Source: an uncultured beta proteobacterium (GTDB lineage: Bacteria; Pseudomonadota; Gammaproteobacteria; Burkholderiales; Burkholderiaceae_C). Taken from it: a stretch of 64,000 nucleotides of DNA. The notes under the pieces are model-generated. The model made no database searches, was not told where the DNA came from, and saw only the letters and a program-made list of their open reading frames with translations. The stretch covers positions 15,734-79,733 of the forward strand of contig CAIUDG010000136.1 in assembly GCA_903897925.1 (NCBI GenBank), in the 5' to 3' direction. This document shows positions 1-9,715 of the stretch, piece after piece (positions within the stretch are counted from its first letter, which is position 1; each line of letters begins with the position of its first letter). The translations under genes and the position numbers were made by a program.

Positions 1-1
1 T

Positions 2-499
2 ACTGCCACCGGGACCGTCACCGCATCGACCCAGTGCGTGACGGTGGCACAGGTCACGGACAACAGCGTGTACACCGTGGTGCTGAAAGACAGCAATGGC
101 AATTCCCTGAATGGCACGGGCTATCAGCTGACCCTGGCGAAGCAGCCGTACACCTATGCGACGCTGACCCAGTCGATGTTCCCGGCCTTCAGCAGCATCA
201 CTATTGGCGGCCAGTCGGTGACACCGAGCATGTTTGTCGCCAACGCCTCGGTCGCCGTAGCCTGGACCATGCCGAGTGGTCTGGTGCCGACGGACTTGAA
301 TATCTGGGCCAATACAGCGAACGGTCAGACCTATTTCAATGTGCAGCAAAGCCTGTTGAGCACTGCGACGCAAACCCTGGTGGCCTTGGGAACGCCTTCC
401 TTGTCGAGCGGTACGGTGACCAATGCGGGTGTCTGGATTGAGGGGGCGGACATTTATGGACGCCGCTTCTCCAACTCCAAGTCGGTGCAGAGCCAGTGA
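2..499 (+). CDS. 3' end of a secreted/surface protein of unknown function (5' end lies outside the window)
   Basis: The frame is open from the window edge, with no stop between nt 2 and the listed ORF start at 38. The sequence is S/T/N/G/V-rich. The stop at 497-499 is followed by a strong terminator hairpin. No family recognised. Confidence 0.5.
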   Translation, partial: TATGTVTASTQCVTVAQVTDNSVYTVVLKDSNGNSLNGTGYQLTLAKQPYTYATLTQSMFPAFSSITIGGQSVTPSMFVANASVAVAWTMPSGLVPTDLNIWANTANGQTYFNVQQSLLSTATQTLVALGTPSLSSGTVTNAGVWIEGADIYGRRFSNSKSVQSQ

Positions 500-534
500 G
501 TGCCATGCGCTAGCCAGGGTTCGGGCTGGCCCTG

Positions 535-576
535 CCCGCGTGCGCCGTGTATGGCAAGGCGCACGCGGGTTTTTTT
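535..576 (+). terminator. Rho-independent terminator
   Basis: Perfect 12-bp stem CCCGCGTGCGCC (535-546) / GGCGCACGCGGG (558-569) with an 11-nt loop, followed directly by TTTTTTT (570-576). It lies 36 nt after the stop at 499. Confidence 0.75.
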
Positions 577-614
577 GTGCTGTACGTTGCGCCTATGTGG
601 CGCCTATGCGTTGC

Positions 615-1229
615 CTAATACAGCGTATTCGCCTGCCGCGCCGGCAGTTCGAGGTCGTACGCCGTGGCATCGATGCCTGCGTTGGTCAGCGCGCTCAGAA
701 TGGCGCCAGCACTCGGGACTTCGCTGGCCTGTCGGTGTTGCCCAAAGTCCCACAGGCCGGAGCGCAGCAAGGCACGGCCACACTGGAAGAAGACGGTGTC
801 CACCGTAATTTCCAAGACGCACTGGGGTACGGCGCCATTGACGGCGAAAGATTGCAGCTTGCTTGGCTTGACGCTGATGGCGGCCCGGCCATTGACGCGT
901 ATCGTTTCCCGTATTCCCGGAATGAAAAAAATCAGCGCCACCCGCGGATCTTGCAGAATATTGCGCAGGCCGTCGACCCGGTTGTTGCCGCGCCGCTCCG
1001 GCAGCCACAGGCATTTGTCGTTGACGATTCTGACCAGTGGTGCGGCGTCGCCACGCGGCGACACGTCCAGCCCACCTTCCCCCAGCGTTGCCAGCACGGC
1101 AAAGGGCGAAGCCTGGATCCAGCTTTGGTATACCGGATGCAGGCGTGCAGTTTCCTTGGCAATGGACGCGCTGCCGACGGCGCCAAAAAGTGCCTTGAGT
1201 TGCGCTTCGGTGGTGATGGTGTCGGACAT
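615..1229 (-). CDS. PPOX-class (pyridoxamine 5'-phosphate oxidase-related) FMN-binding flavoprotein
   Basis: The ORF runs 615-1277. I place the start at MSDTITTE (1229). Segments SPFAVLATLGEGGLDVSPRGD and IRETIRVNGRA resemble split-barrel PPOX-type proteins. The family call is from memory of such sequences. Confidence 0.6.
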   Translation of the reverse strand: MSDTITTEAQLKALFGAVGSASIAKETARLHPVYQSWIQASPFAVLATLGEGGLDVSPRGDAAPLVRIVNDKCLWLPERRGNNRVDGLRNILQDPRVALIFFIPGIRETIRVNGRAAISVKPSKLQSFAVNGAVPQCVLEITVDTVFFQCGRALLRSGLWDFGQHRQASEVPSAGAILSALTNAGIDATAYDLELPARQANTLY

Positions 1230-1486
1230 GCGTGGTGACTGTGACAGATGTAAGGGTGCCCATCCGGGGCAGGTCATGCGGATAGTTGCAGGCCTTGCAT
1301 TTTGCTATTTTTTTTACGCGGCTACTGAATAGCTTTACAGACTTTTTATGCGCATCTGCCTAGCATGAACGCATGCCCGGACGAAACTGGTTTTCGATTC
1401 GGAACTATTTTCATACGGGAGTTTTTGCGATGCGCTTGGGTTGCCGACCGGGCCATTGCGGTTACCGATAAGGTATTTGCTGCAGC

Positions 1487-1942
1487 ATGAAGTCGATCAC
1501 ATCGTATTTTTCCCGCGAAGACGTGGTGCTGGATTTGGATGTCTCCAACAAAGAGCAGTTGTTTGATGCGGTCGACCGGCACATGCACAGAGTGCATGGC
1601 GTGCCACGCGGTAGCGTGGCACTGCATCTGCGCAACCGTGAGCGCGTCGGCTCCACTGGCCTGGGCTATGGTGTTGCCATACCGCACGCCCGGGTGAAAA
1701 ATTTATGTGAAGCACGGCTTGGTTATTTTCGGCTCAGGTCGGCCATTGCTTATGCGCTTCGCGGCGAAGACCCGGTGACGGATGTCTTTGTCCTTTGGGT
1801 TCCAGAACAGCGAGCACAGGAGCATTTGGACCTGCTGGCGGCGCTTTGTCGCTGTGTTGCCAACGCCGGCTTTCGTCAGCACCTGCATGCATGTGCTTCA
1901 GCCGCCGACATGGAGGCGCTTTTGGGTGCCTGGGTGCCTTGA
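1487..1942 (+). CDS. PTS EIIA-type (PtsN/EIIA-Ntr-like) regulatory protein
   Basis: 151 aa. It carries the EIIA-2 phospho-histidine signature GLGYGVAIPHARV and the typical N-terminus (L..EDVVLDL.V.NKEQLF). It is not next to rpoN, so it is an orphan paralog. Confidence 0.75.
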   Translation: MKSITSYFSREDVVLDLDVSNKEQLFDAVDRHMHRVHGVPRGSVALHLRNRERVGSTGLGYGVAIPHARVKNLCEARLGYFRLRSAIAYALRGEDPVTDVFVLWVPEQRAQEHLDLLAALCRCVANAGFRQHLHACASAADMEALLGAWVP

Positions 1943-1979
1943 GCCGCGACGGCATGGAAGGCGGCAATCGGGTGCGGCC

Positions 1980-2315
1980 ATGGTGTTGATGCAGCGCAGC
2001 TGTCCACGCTGCCATCGTGTGCTGCGATTTCCCTTATGGGATCAGACCTTTGAATGCCCTGGCTGCGCCAGGTCGCTGTCGCTTGCGCCGGCCTTTCTGG
2101 CGACGCTGCCCGAAAAAATTCTGTTCTTCCTGGGGGCTCTGCTGCTTGGTACCGCGGTTGCAGATATCTATGCATCGATCGGCTTGGTAGCGCAAGGATT
2201 GCCTCGGTTGCTTGCCGATTTGGTCGTTGGGGTGGGGTACTTCGGCGTTTGCAGATTGCTATTTTCTGCTTTTCAGCGGGTTGAAATTTGCCCGTCGAAC
2301 GGAACCCGGCGGTAG
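1980..2315 (+). CDS. Zinc-ribbon membrane protein, function unknown
   Basis: Internal ATG of ORF 1782-2315. Two CxxC pairs (CPRCHRV...CPGC) are followed by two hydrophobic helices (ILFFLGALLLGTAVADIYASIGL; LLADLVVGVGYFGVCRLLF). Confidence 0.45.
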   Translation: MVLMQRSCPRCHRVLRFPLWDQTFECPGCARSLSLAPAFLATLPEKILFFLGALLLGTAVADIYASIGLVAQGLPRLLADLVVGVGYFGVCRLLFSAFQRVEICPSNGTRR

Positions 2316-2410
2316 CGGATTATTTACGCAGTCTTTATCTGTCCGGCCTCGAATTTAACGCCATTTTTATGCGGACTAAAGCACACTTTCGGGACTGAAA
2401 TAAGCGCTCC

Positions 2411-2536
2411 ATGTACTCCGAAATATTGCTGATTCTTGTCGCTATGGCGGGACTTTTTATTCCACTCCTGCTGGCCTGGGGCATTCTTAGCTGGCAGGAG
2501 CGCGCCACGGCGCAGCACCGGCGGGCGCGCAAATGA
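2411..2536 (+). CDS. Candidate 41-aa single-pass membrane micro-protein (below the ORF-track length cut-off)
   Basis: ATG at 2411 gives MYSEILLILVAMAGLFIPLLLAWGILSWQERATAQHRRARK. This is a hydrophobic helix followed by a basic tail. Its TGA (2534-2536) overlaps the ATG (2533-2535) of the GNAT/C39 gene as ATGA. There is no clear Shine-Dalgarno sequence. Confidence 0.25.
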   Translation: MYSEILLILVAMAGLFIPLLLAWGILSWQERATAQHRRARK

Positions 2537-3669
2537 AGGGGCACGCCAGCGCTGCCATAGCCGGAACTGTGCCTATCGCGCTGCGCCGCGCGGGTGCGCA
2601 GGACATTGCCGGTTTGCTCGAATTGGAGCAGCTTGCATTTGCCGGCGACAGAATCTCGCGGCGCAGCTGGCGTGCTTTGATAGGCAGCAAATCTGCTACC
2701 GTAACGCTGGCTAGCCAAGCCGGGCGCATGGTAGCTGCCAGTGTGCTGCTACACAAGCGCCGCACATCGGTGGCACGCTTGTATTCGATCGCGGTGGACC
2801 CTGGTGCGCGCACGCAGGGTATTGCGCGAATACTGCTCGAAAATACCATTGCGCGGGCCCGCGCCATCGGCGCCGCAGTACTCCGGCTGGAGACGCGTGT
2901 GGACAATTACGCAGCACAGGCGCTCTTTCGTGGCACGGGATTTCTGCCACTCGATTTGAAGCCGGCCTATTACGCCGATGGAACCGACGCGCAGCGATTC
3001 CAAAAATCGCTCTGGAATGTTGACAAAGCCTCGCACTCCATGGCGCTGGCGACACCGTTCTATGGCCAGACCCTGGATTTCACCTGCGGGCCATGCGCCC
3101 TGTTGATGGCCATGGCGGCGCTGGACCGCAGCACGCGCATCGACCGGGCGGCGGAAATTCGGCTCTGGCGTGAAGCCACCACGGTCTTCATGACGGCCGG
3201 GCACGGCGGCTGTGGACCGTTTGGTCTGGCCCTGGCGGCGATCCGGCGTGGATTTCAGGCCATGGTTTATGCATCCGCCGTGCCCAGTCTGTTTATCGAC
3301 GGAGTACGCGATCCGCGCAAGAAGGCGGTGATTGAACTGGTGGAGGCTGACTTCCGCCAGCAAGCCGCCAGCTCGGGCGCTGCAATCATGGATGTCCCGG
3401 TGTCTGCGCAACGCATTGCCGACCACCTGGCGCGCGGTGCAGTTCCGCTGGTACTCATTAGCCTGTGGCGGCTGCATGGTGAAAAGGGTCCGCACTGGGT
3501 GGTCGTTACAGGGTTCGACGGTGCGGTGTTTCGCATCCTCGATCCGATTGCAAGTTCGACCGAGACGGACCCTGGTATCTCCGTCAGCATTGACGAATTT
3601 CAGCGCATAACGCGCTATGGACGGCGCCGGCAAACCAGCGCTGTGATTATTTCCAAAGGAACCCCGTGA
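2533..3669 (+). CDS. Fusion protein: N-terminal GNAT acetyltransferase plus C-terminal C39-like (papain-fold) peptidase domain
   Basis: The GNAT core is RLYSIAVDPGARTQGIARILLE...LRLETRVDN..A..LF. In the C-terminal half the candidate catalytic Cys is in FTCGPCALLMAM, the His in GPHWVVVTGFDG, and the Asp in RILDP. The stop overlaps the next gene's start (GTGA, 3666-3669). Confidence 0.8.
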   Translation: MKGHASAAIAGTVPIALRRAGAQDIAGLLELEQLAFAGDRISRRSWRALIGSKSATVTLASQAGRMVAASVLLHKRRTSVARLYSIAVDPGARTQGIARILLENTIARARAIGAAVLRLETRVDNYAAQALFRGTGFLPLDLKPAYYADGTDAQRFQKSLWNVDKASHSMALATPFYGQTLDFTCGPCALLMAMAALDRSTRIDRAAEIRLWREATTVFMTAGHGGCGPFGLALAAIRRGFQAMVYASAVPSLFIDGVRDPRKKAVIELVEADFRQQAASSGAAIMDVPVSAQRIADHLARGAVPLVLISLWRLHGEKGPHWVVVTGFDGAVFRILDPIASSTETDPGISVSIDEFQRITRYGRRRQTSAVIISKGTP

Positions 3670-5198
3670 GCGCTATTCATATCATCGTGGTGGAAAAACG
3701 CAGTGACTTCCGCTGGTCGGACCCGGCTTCGCGCGTGATGACAGCAGAGGAATTTGTGGCGGAACAGGCGGACGGCCGCACCCGACAGCGCAAAGTCATC
3801 AACCTGTGCCGCAATTACGACTATCTGAGCATGGGCTACTACTGTTCGCTACTCGCCGAGGCGCGTGGTGACCGGGTTACACCGAGCGTGGAAACGCTGC
3901 TGGACCTGCAACAGAAAAAAGCCGACTCACCGCGTCTGGCCAGCCTGAATCGCCTGATTGGTGGCCTGGACGAGGTTCCGCGCTCGGTGAATACCTTGAG
4001 CTTTCATGTATTTTTCGGACAAATCGAAGACCCGCAACTGGCGCATCTGGCGCGACGCTGCTTTGAGTTGTTTCGTTGCCCTTTGCTCGAAGTCAGCCTC
4101 GATCGCGTGGAGGGAAGCAATGCCTGGAAGATTGCCCAGTTGGCCACGCTGGATCCGCGTGATATCGACCCGGCGCGCGACAGCCTGTTTCTGAGTGCAC
4201 TGGAGCGGTTTACCCGGCGCACCTGGCGCCCAGCCCTGGTCATGCCGGCGCCGCGCATGGATCTGGCGATTTTGCATGATCCCCGTGATCCCTTGCCACC
4301 CTCGAATGCGCAGGCCTTGCAAAACTTTATTCGGGTCGGACGTTCCATGCATATGGACGTCGAACTGATTGAGAAAAAAGATTTTGCACGGCTGACCCAA
4401 TTTGATGCCTTGCTGATTCGTGAGACCACCGCGGTCGACCACCATACTTTCAAATTTGCCAAGAAAGCCGCCAGCGCAGGTATGCCGGTGCTGGACGATC
4501 CGAATTCGATTTTGCGCTGTACCAACAAGGCGTTTCTGGCAGAGCTCTTGCGTGATAGCACGCTCGGGACGCCAAGAACCCGCCTGATCAGTCGGCGATC
4601 TCTGCCGGCACTGGCCGACGCAATTGAATTTCCGGTGGTGTTGAAAGTGCCTGACGGTGCCTTCAGCCGCAGCGTGAAGAAGGCCGAAAACTGGCGCCAA
4701 TTTCAGGATATCGCGCAGTCGATGTTCAAGGAGTCCGAGATTATTCTGGTGCAGGAGTTCATGTACACCGCCTTTGACTGGCGTGTCGGCATTTTGGCGG
4801 GCGAGCCGCTGTTTGTGGTGCGGTATTTCATGAGCCATGACCATTGGCAAATTCTCAAACACGGCTCCGATGGTCAGTTGGAAGAGGGGCGCACCGAAGC
4901 GGTGGCTATTGCTGACACGCCCCAGGCGGTGCTGGATGCGGCGATACAGTGCGCCAAGCTGGTCGGTCAGGGACTCTATGGCGTTGACTTGAAGCAGCAC
5001 GGAAGCGGCGTCTACGTGATCGAAATAAATGACAACCCGAATATCGACGCCGGCATCGAAGATGCCATCTTGGGCGACCTGCTCTATCGCAAATTGCTGG
5101 AGCACCTGTTGCGTCAATTTGAAGCGCCGGCACTGGAAAATTCCGTTGCCGACCAGCCTGCCTATGCCCCGGGCCGGCTGGTCGCCGCGCACCAGTAG
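3666..5198 (+). CDS. RimK-family ATP-grasp ligase with an N-terminal RimK-associated (RLAN-like) domain
   Basis: GTG start. The C-terminal ATP-grasp motifs are FPVVLKVPDGAFSRSV, ILVQEFM, and YGVDLKQHGSGVYVIEINDNPN. The roughly 200-aa N-terminal region (NLCRNYDYLSMGYYCSLLAEARG) is typical of long RimK-family proteins. Confidence 0.85.
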   Translation: MSAIHIIVVEKRSDFRWSDPASRVMTAEEFVAEQADGRTRQRKVINLCRNYDYLSMGYYCSLLAEARGDRVTPSVETLLDLQQKKADSPRLASLNRLIGGLDEVPRSVNTLSFHVFFGQIEDPQLAHLARRCFELFRCPLLEVSLDRVEGSNAWKIAQLATLDPRDIDPARDSLFLSALERFTRRTWRPALVMPAPRMDLAILHDPRDPLPPSNAQALQNFIRVGRSMHMDVELIEKKDFARLTQFDALLIRETTAVDHHTFKFAKKAASAGMPVLDDPNSILRCTNKAFLAELLRDSTLGTPRTRLISRRSLPALADAIEFPVVLKVPDGAFSRSVKKAENWRQFQDIAQSMFKESEIILVQEFMYTAFDWRVGILAGEPLFVVRYFMSHDHWQILKHGSDGQLEEGRTEAVAIADTPQAVLDAAIQCAKLVGQGLYGVDLKQHGSGVYVIEINDNPNIDAGIEDAILGDLLYRKLLEHLLRQFEAPALENSVADQPAYAPGRLVAAHQ

Positions 5199-5240
5199 CA
5201 GCGCAAGTTCTGAGCGCCCGGTCCCGGGTCAGAACCGGAT

Positions 5241-7229
5241 TCAGCGCAGAGAGTCGCGGGCTTCCTCCGAACTGGAAAATACCTGCGTTTCCTGCAAGCG
5301 GTGCTGCAGCACTTTTCTGAGCTGGGCGCGTTCAAAGCTGCTGCTGGCGTAGCGGGTCACGTCCAGGTAGTAGTTTTGCATCAGGTCCAGAATCAGCGCG
5401 GCATAGTCGTCCATGGATTCTTCATTGATGCTGAAGTGTTCGTAGTTGACCACCGCCGACACCTTCTTGCCCAGGGGCGCCAGGCGTGCCACCACGGCCT
5501 TGTGGATATGCTCCATGTCTTTCTTGCCACGGATGCGCAGGCCTTCGAAATTCACGTAGAACAGATTGTGTTCGCTGTCGTAGTGCAGGCGCTGCTCTAT
5601 CGGCAGTTCCAGCAACTGGGCACGCAAGCCCATGGGGGCTGCGCAAAACAGGCGCGGGTCCATCAATTTGAGATGCCTTGACACCTTGGGTACAAAGCCC
5701 ATGCGGTCGAGGATGTCGCGCTGCAGATCGACACCGGGTGCGATCTCGATCAATTCGAGCCCGTGGGCGCCGAGCTGGAACACACAGCGTTCGGTCACGT
5801 ACAACACGGTCTTGTGGTTTTGGTAGGCCACGCTGCCGCTGAAGGTGCGGTGTTCGACAACCGGAACAAATTTGGCGGTGTCGCCATCGTGGTGAATTTT
5901 CAGTGCCGCATCGACGATGTCGATTTGTGATGGGCCCGCCGTAAAGGTGCCGACGAAGACCACCTTCTTGGCGTTTTGCGAGATATTGATAAAGCCGCCG
6001 GCGCCGGCGAGTTTGGGGCCAAACTGGCTGACGTTGAGGTTGCCCTGGGCATCGGCCTGGGCCAGTCCCAGAATCGCCAGGTCCAGGCCGCCGCCGTCGT
6101 AAAAATCAAACTGGCTGGGCTGGTCAATAACGGCCTGGGTGTTGCTGCCGGCGCCAAAATTCAGGCCGCCGGCCGGAATGCCGCCGATCACGCCGGGCTC
6201 GGCAGTGAGGGTCAGCAAGTCGATGATTTTTTCTTCCACGCCCACGGTGGCCACGCCTTCGGGCATGCCGATGCCCAGGTTGACCACGTCGTTGACGCGC
6301 AGTTCCATGGCGGCACGACGGGCGATGACTTTGCGCGCATCCAGGGCCATCGGTGCGATGGCGGACAGCGGCACGCGAATCTCTGCCGCAAAGGCGGCGC
6401 TGTACGGTTCGACAAAAGTCTGCATGTGGTATTCGGGCTTTTCAGCCAGCACCACGCAGTCCACCAGCACGCCAGGTATCTTGACCTGGCGCGGGTTCAG
6501 CGTGCCGCGCTCGGCGATGCGTTCGACCTGAGCAATCACAATGCCGCCACTGTTGTGTGCCGCCATGGCAATGGCCTGGGCTTCCAGCGTCAGCGCTTCG
6601 CGTTCCATCGTGATGTTGCCGTCGGCGTCGGCTGTGGTGCCGCGAATGATGCCGACATGGATCGGGAAGGCCTTGTAGAACAGGTATTCCTTGCCGTCAA
6701 TTTCCATCAGCCGGACCAGGTCCTCCTGGGTCCGGGCATTGAGCTTGCCGCCGCCCCAGCGCGGATCGACAAAGGTGCCCAGGCCGACATGGGTCAGTGT
6801 GCCCGGCTTGCCGGCCGCGATGTCGCGAAACAGATGGCAAATCACGCCCTGCGGAAGATTCCAGGCTTCGATCTGGTTGCTGGTAACCAGCGCACCCAGG
6901 CGCGGCACCAGGCCCCAGTGGCCGCCAATGGCGCGCTTGATCAGGCCGGCATGGCCCAGGTGGTTCAGGCCACGCTGCTTGCCGTCGCCCTGGCCGGCGG
7001 CATACACCAGGCACAGGTTGCGCGGATGCGGCACGGCGGGCGAATCGCTGGCCTGTCCTTCGAGGAACAGTTCTTCCAGCGCCACCGCGATGTTTTCGGC
7101 AAAACCAATGCCGACAAAGCCGCCAGTGGCAACGGTATCGCCATCGCGAATCAGTTGCACGGCCTGGCGTGCGCTCATGATCTTGCCATCACCGTTGCGC
7201 AGGCCGGTGATCCAGGAGGGTTGTGACAT
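5241..7229 (-). CDS. Acyl-CoA:acetate/3-ketoacid CoA-transferase (YdiF-like, fused alpha/beta)
   Basis: 662 aa. The N-terminus ([22 protein letters not shown]) and overall layout resemble single-chain family I CoA-transferases. GAGG lies upstream of the ATG at 7229. It sits downstream of bdhA on the same strand. Confidence 0.85.
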   Translation of the reverse strand: MSQPSWITGLRNGDGKIMSARQAVQLIRDGDTVATGGFVGIGFAENIAVALEELFLEGQASDSPAVPHPRNLCLVYAAGQGDGKQRGLNHLGHAGLIKRAIGGHWGLVPRLGALVTSNQIEAWNLPQGVICHLFRDIAAGKPGTLTHVGLGTFVDPRWGGGKLNARTQEDLVRLMEIDGKEYLFYKAFPIHVGIIRGTTADADGNITMEREALTLEAQAIAMAAHNSGGIVIAQVERIAERGTLNPRQVKIPGVLVDCVVLAEKPEYHMQTFVEPYSAAFAAEIRVPLSAIAPMALDARKVIARRAAMELRVNDVVNLGIGMPEGVATVGVEEKIIDLLTLTAEPGVIGGIPAGGLNFGAGSNTQAVIDQPSQFDFYDGGGLDLAILGLAQADAQGNLNVSQFGPKLAGAGGFINISQNAKKVVFVGTFTAGPSQIDIVDAALKIHHDGDTAKFVPVVEHRTFSGSVAYQNHKTVLYVTERCVFQLGAHGLELIEIAPGVDLQRDILDRMGFVPKVSRHLKLMDPRLFCAAPMGLRAQLLELPIEQRLHYDSEHNLFYVNFEGLRIRGKKDMEHIHKAVVARLAPLGKKVSAVVNYEHFSINEESMDDYAALILDLMQNYYLDVTRYASSSFERAQLRKVLQHRLQETQVFSSSEEARDSLR

Positions 7230-7282
7230 ATTGGTACCTCAGGTTCAGAAACCACGTTGCAGGCGACGCCAGGCAGCGCGGC

Positions 7283-8053
7283 TTACTGGGCGACCCAGCC
7301 ACCGTCCATGTTCCAGGCCACGCCGCGCACGTTGTTGGCCGCCGCAGAACAGAAGAACACCGCCAGCGCGCCGAGTTCTTCGGCAGTGGTGAATTGCATC
7401 GAGGGTTCCTTGTCCCGCAGCAGCACCTTTTGCGCTTGTGCGTCGCTGACGCCCAGGGCGGCGGCTTTGGCGGCAATCTGTTTTTGTACCAGCGGCGTCA
7501 GTACCCAACCCGGACAGATGGCGTTGCAGGTGATTCCGCTGGTGGCGTTTTCCAGCGCCGTGGCTTTGGTCAGACCGACCACGCCATGCTTGGCGGCCAC
7601 GTAGGCCGATTTTTCCGCCGAGGCAACCAGGCCATGCACCGACGCCACATTGATGATGCGGCCCCAGTTTTTGGCTTGCATGCTGGGCAAGGCCAGGCGC
7701 GTTGCGTGAAACACGCTGGACAGATTGATGGCGACGATGGCGTCCCAGCGTTCCACCGGAAAGTCTTCAATGCGGCAGACATGCTGGATGCCGGCGTTGT
7801 TGACCAGAATATCAACGCCGCCAAAGCGGCTGTTGACGTCATCGAACATGGCCGCAATGTCGGCCGGGCGGCCCATGTCGGCACCGTGGTAGCTGGCGCT
7901 GCCGCCGAGGGCGCGGACTTCGGCCACTGCCGCATCGACATCGCCGAAGCCGTTTAGCACAATGCTGGCACGCTGCGCCGCCAGGGCCTTGGCGATGGCC
8001 AGGCCAATGCCGCTGGTGGAGCCGGTAACGAGGGCTGTTTTGCCTTTCAACAT
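7283..8053 (-). CDS. bdhA: 3-hydroxybutyrate dehydrogenase (SDR family)
   Basis: Start placed at MLKGKTALVTGSTSGIGLAIA, with AAGGAG 6 nt upstream. The sequence is collinear with BdhA-type proteins (NNAGIQHV..IEDFP.E.WD, YVAAKHGVVGLTK, CPGWVLTPLV, DGGWVAQ). Confidence 0.9.
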   Translation of the reverse strand: MLKGKTALVTGSTSGIGLAIAKALAAQRASIVLNGFGDVDAAVAEVRALGGSASYHGADMGRPADIAAMFDDVNSRFGGVDILVNNAGIQHVCRIEDFPVERWDAIVAINLSSVFHATRLALPSMQAKNWGRIINVASVHGLVASAEKSAYVAAKHGVVGLTKATALENATSGITCNAICPGWVLTPLVQKQIAAKAAALGVSDAQAQKVLLRDKEPSMQFTTAEELGALAVFFCSAAANNVRGVAWNMDGGWVAQ

Positions 8054-8066
8054 AGGGGCTCCTTGT

Positions 8067-9464
8067 TCAAACAATGCCGGTCAGATAAAACGCCGCAATC
8101 ACCACAAAGACCGCCGCGGTCTTGATGCTGGTGATGACGAAAATGTCCTTGTAGGACTGCTTGTGCGTCAGCCCGGTCACCGCCAGCAGCGTGATCACCG
8201 CGCCGTTGTGCGGCAGCGTGTCCATGCCGCCCGAGGCCATGGCGGCAACCCGGTGCAGAACTTCCAGCGGAATGCCGGCCGCTTCGGCATTGCTGATAAA
8301 GGTTTGCGCCATCGCTGCCAGGGCAATGCCCATGCCGCCCGACGCCGAGCCGGTGATGCCGGCCAGTGCCGTGACCGTGATGGCTTCATTCACCAGCGGG
8401 TTCGGGATCGACTTGAGTCCTTCGGCTATCACCAGGAATCCCGGTAGGGCGGCAATCACCGCACCAAAGCCGTATTCCGAGGCGGTGTTCATGGTGGCCA
8501 GCAGGGCGCCGCCAATGGCGCTTTTGCTGCCGTCGGCGAACTGGCGCGCGACATTTTTCCAGGCAAAGGCAAACACGGTGGCGATGCCGATCAGCAAGGC
8601 GCCTTCAACCGACCAGATCGCCGCCACGGCACTGACCTGTTGCGTTACGGGTGTGGCCTTGCCCATCACGGCCGGAATAAAGGACACCGTGGGACCGTAA
8701 AACTGCGGAATACCGACGGTAAATACCTTGTTCATGACACCCACCATCACCAGCGGCAGCAAGGCGATCAGCGGGTGTGGCAGCTGCGCATGCTCGAACG
8801 GCGCGGGTTCATTCAGCAACTGGGTGCCATAGCCTTCACCGGCCGCGGCGGCGCGCTTGCGGCACCAGTTCAGATAGAGCAAACCACTTGCCAGGATGAA
8901 GCTGGCACCAATCACGCCGAGCCAGGGTGCCGCGTAGATATTGGTTTTGAAAAAAGTGGTCGGAATAATGTTCTGGATTTGCGGTGTGCCGGGCAGCGAA
9001 TCCATGGTGAAGGTGAAGGCGCCCAGGGCAATCGTGCCGGGAATCAGGCGCTTGGGAATGTTCGACTGGCGAAACATTTCGGCGGCGAACGGATACACCG
9101 CAAACACCACCACAAACAGCGAGACGCCGCCATAGGTCAGCAAGGCACACACCAGCACGATGGCCAGCATGGCGCGCTGCTGGCCAATCAGGCCGATTAC
9201 CGATGCCACGATGGACTTGGAAAACCCGGACAGTTCAATCACCTTGCCGAAGATCGCGCCGAGCAAAAAGACCGGGAAGTAGAGCTTTACAAAGCCGACC
9301 ATCTTGTCCATGAACAGGCCGGTGAACATGGGCGCGACCAGGGACGGGTCAATCAGCAGCACCGCACTCAGGGCGGCCACCGGCGCGAACAAAATAACGC
9401 TGTAGCCGCGGTAGGCGACTAGCATCAAAAAGCATAAAGATGCCAGAACAATTAAAAAATCCAT
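8067..9464 (-). CDS. GntP-family permease (probable 3-hydroxybutyrate importer)
   Basis: Start placed at MDFLIVLASLCF, internal to ORF 8067-9563. It is polytopic throughout with a GntP-like N- and C-terminal pattern. It lies immediately upstream of bdhA. Confidence 0.8.
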   Translation of the reverse strand: MDFLIVLASLCFLMLVAYRGYSVILFAPVAALSAVLLIDPSLVAPMFTGLFMDKMVGFVKLYFPVFLLGAIFGKVIELSGFSKSIVASVIGLIGQQRAMLAIVLVCALLTYGGVSLFVVVFAVYPFAAEMFRQSNIPKRLIPGTIALGAFTFTMDSLPGTPQIQNIIPTTFFKTNIYAAPWLGVIGASFILASGLLYLNWCRKRAAAAGEGYGTQLLNEPAPFEHAQLPHPLIALLPLVMVGVMNKVFTVGIPQFYGPTVSFIPAVMGKATPVTQQVSAVAAIWSVEGALLIGIATVFAFAWKNVARQFADGSKSAIGGALLATMNTASEYGFGAVIAALPGFLVIAEGLKSIPNPLVNEAITVTALAGITGSASGGMGIALAAMAQTFISNAEAAGIPLEVLHRVAAMASGGMDTLPHNGAVITLLAVTGLTHKQSYKDIFVITSIKTAAVFVVIAAFYLTGIV

Positions 9465-9715
9465 TATTTGAGGTCTCCTGTCTGTATTGGATGACCCCGA
9501 CCGTCGCGGGCCGGGGCAGTGCAATGTATGCGCAAGACTCGGGCCAGCTGCGGGTGCCGCCAAAGGGTCTCATAAAGCAAGGGTTAACCCGTGCTTTTTG
9601 CCGCTATTCGCTGGTTGTCACGGGCTTATAGCCGGCTATCACCGGCACCGGTGTGCGCTGGCGCGGATCGGCTGTACGCTGCGGCGTACACGGCGCCGCA
9701 TGGCGGTCGGCGTAT

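Noticed and set aside
3927-7226. Long ORFs 3927-5192 (-) and 5976-7226 (+), opposite the RimK-like and CoA-transferase genes
   Set aside because: This is the same high-GC antisense artefact. The opposite frames have strong family signatures and sensible start contexts.
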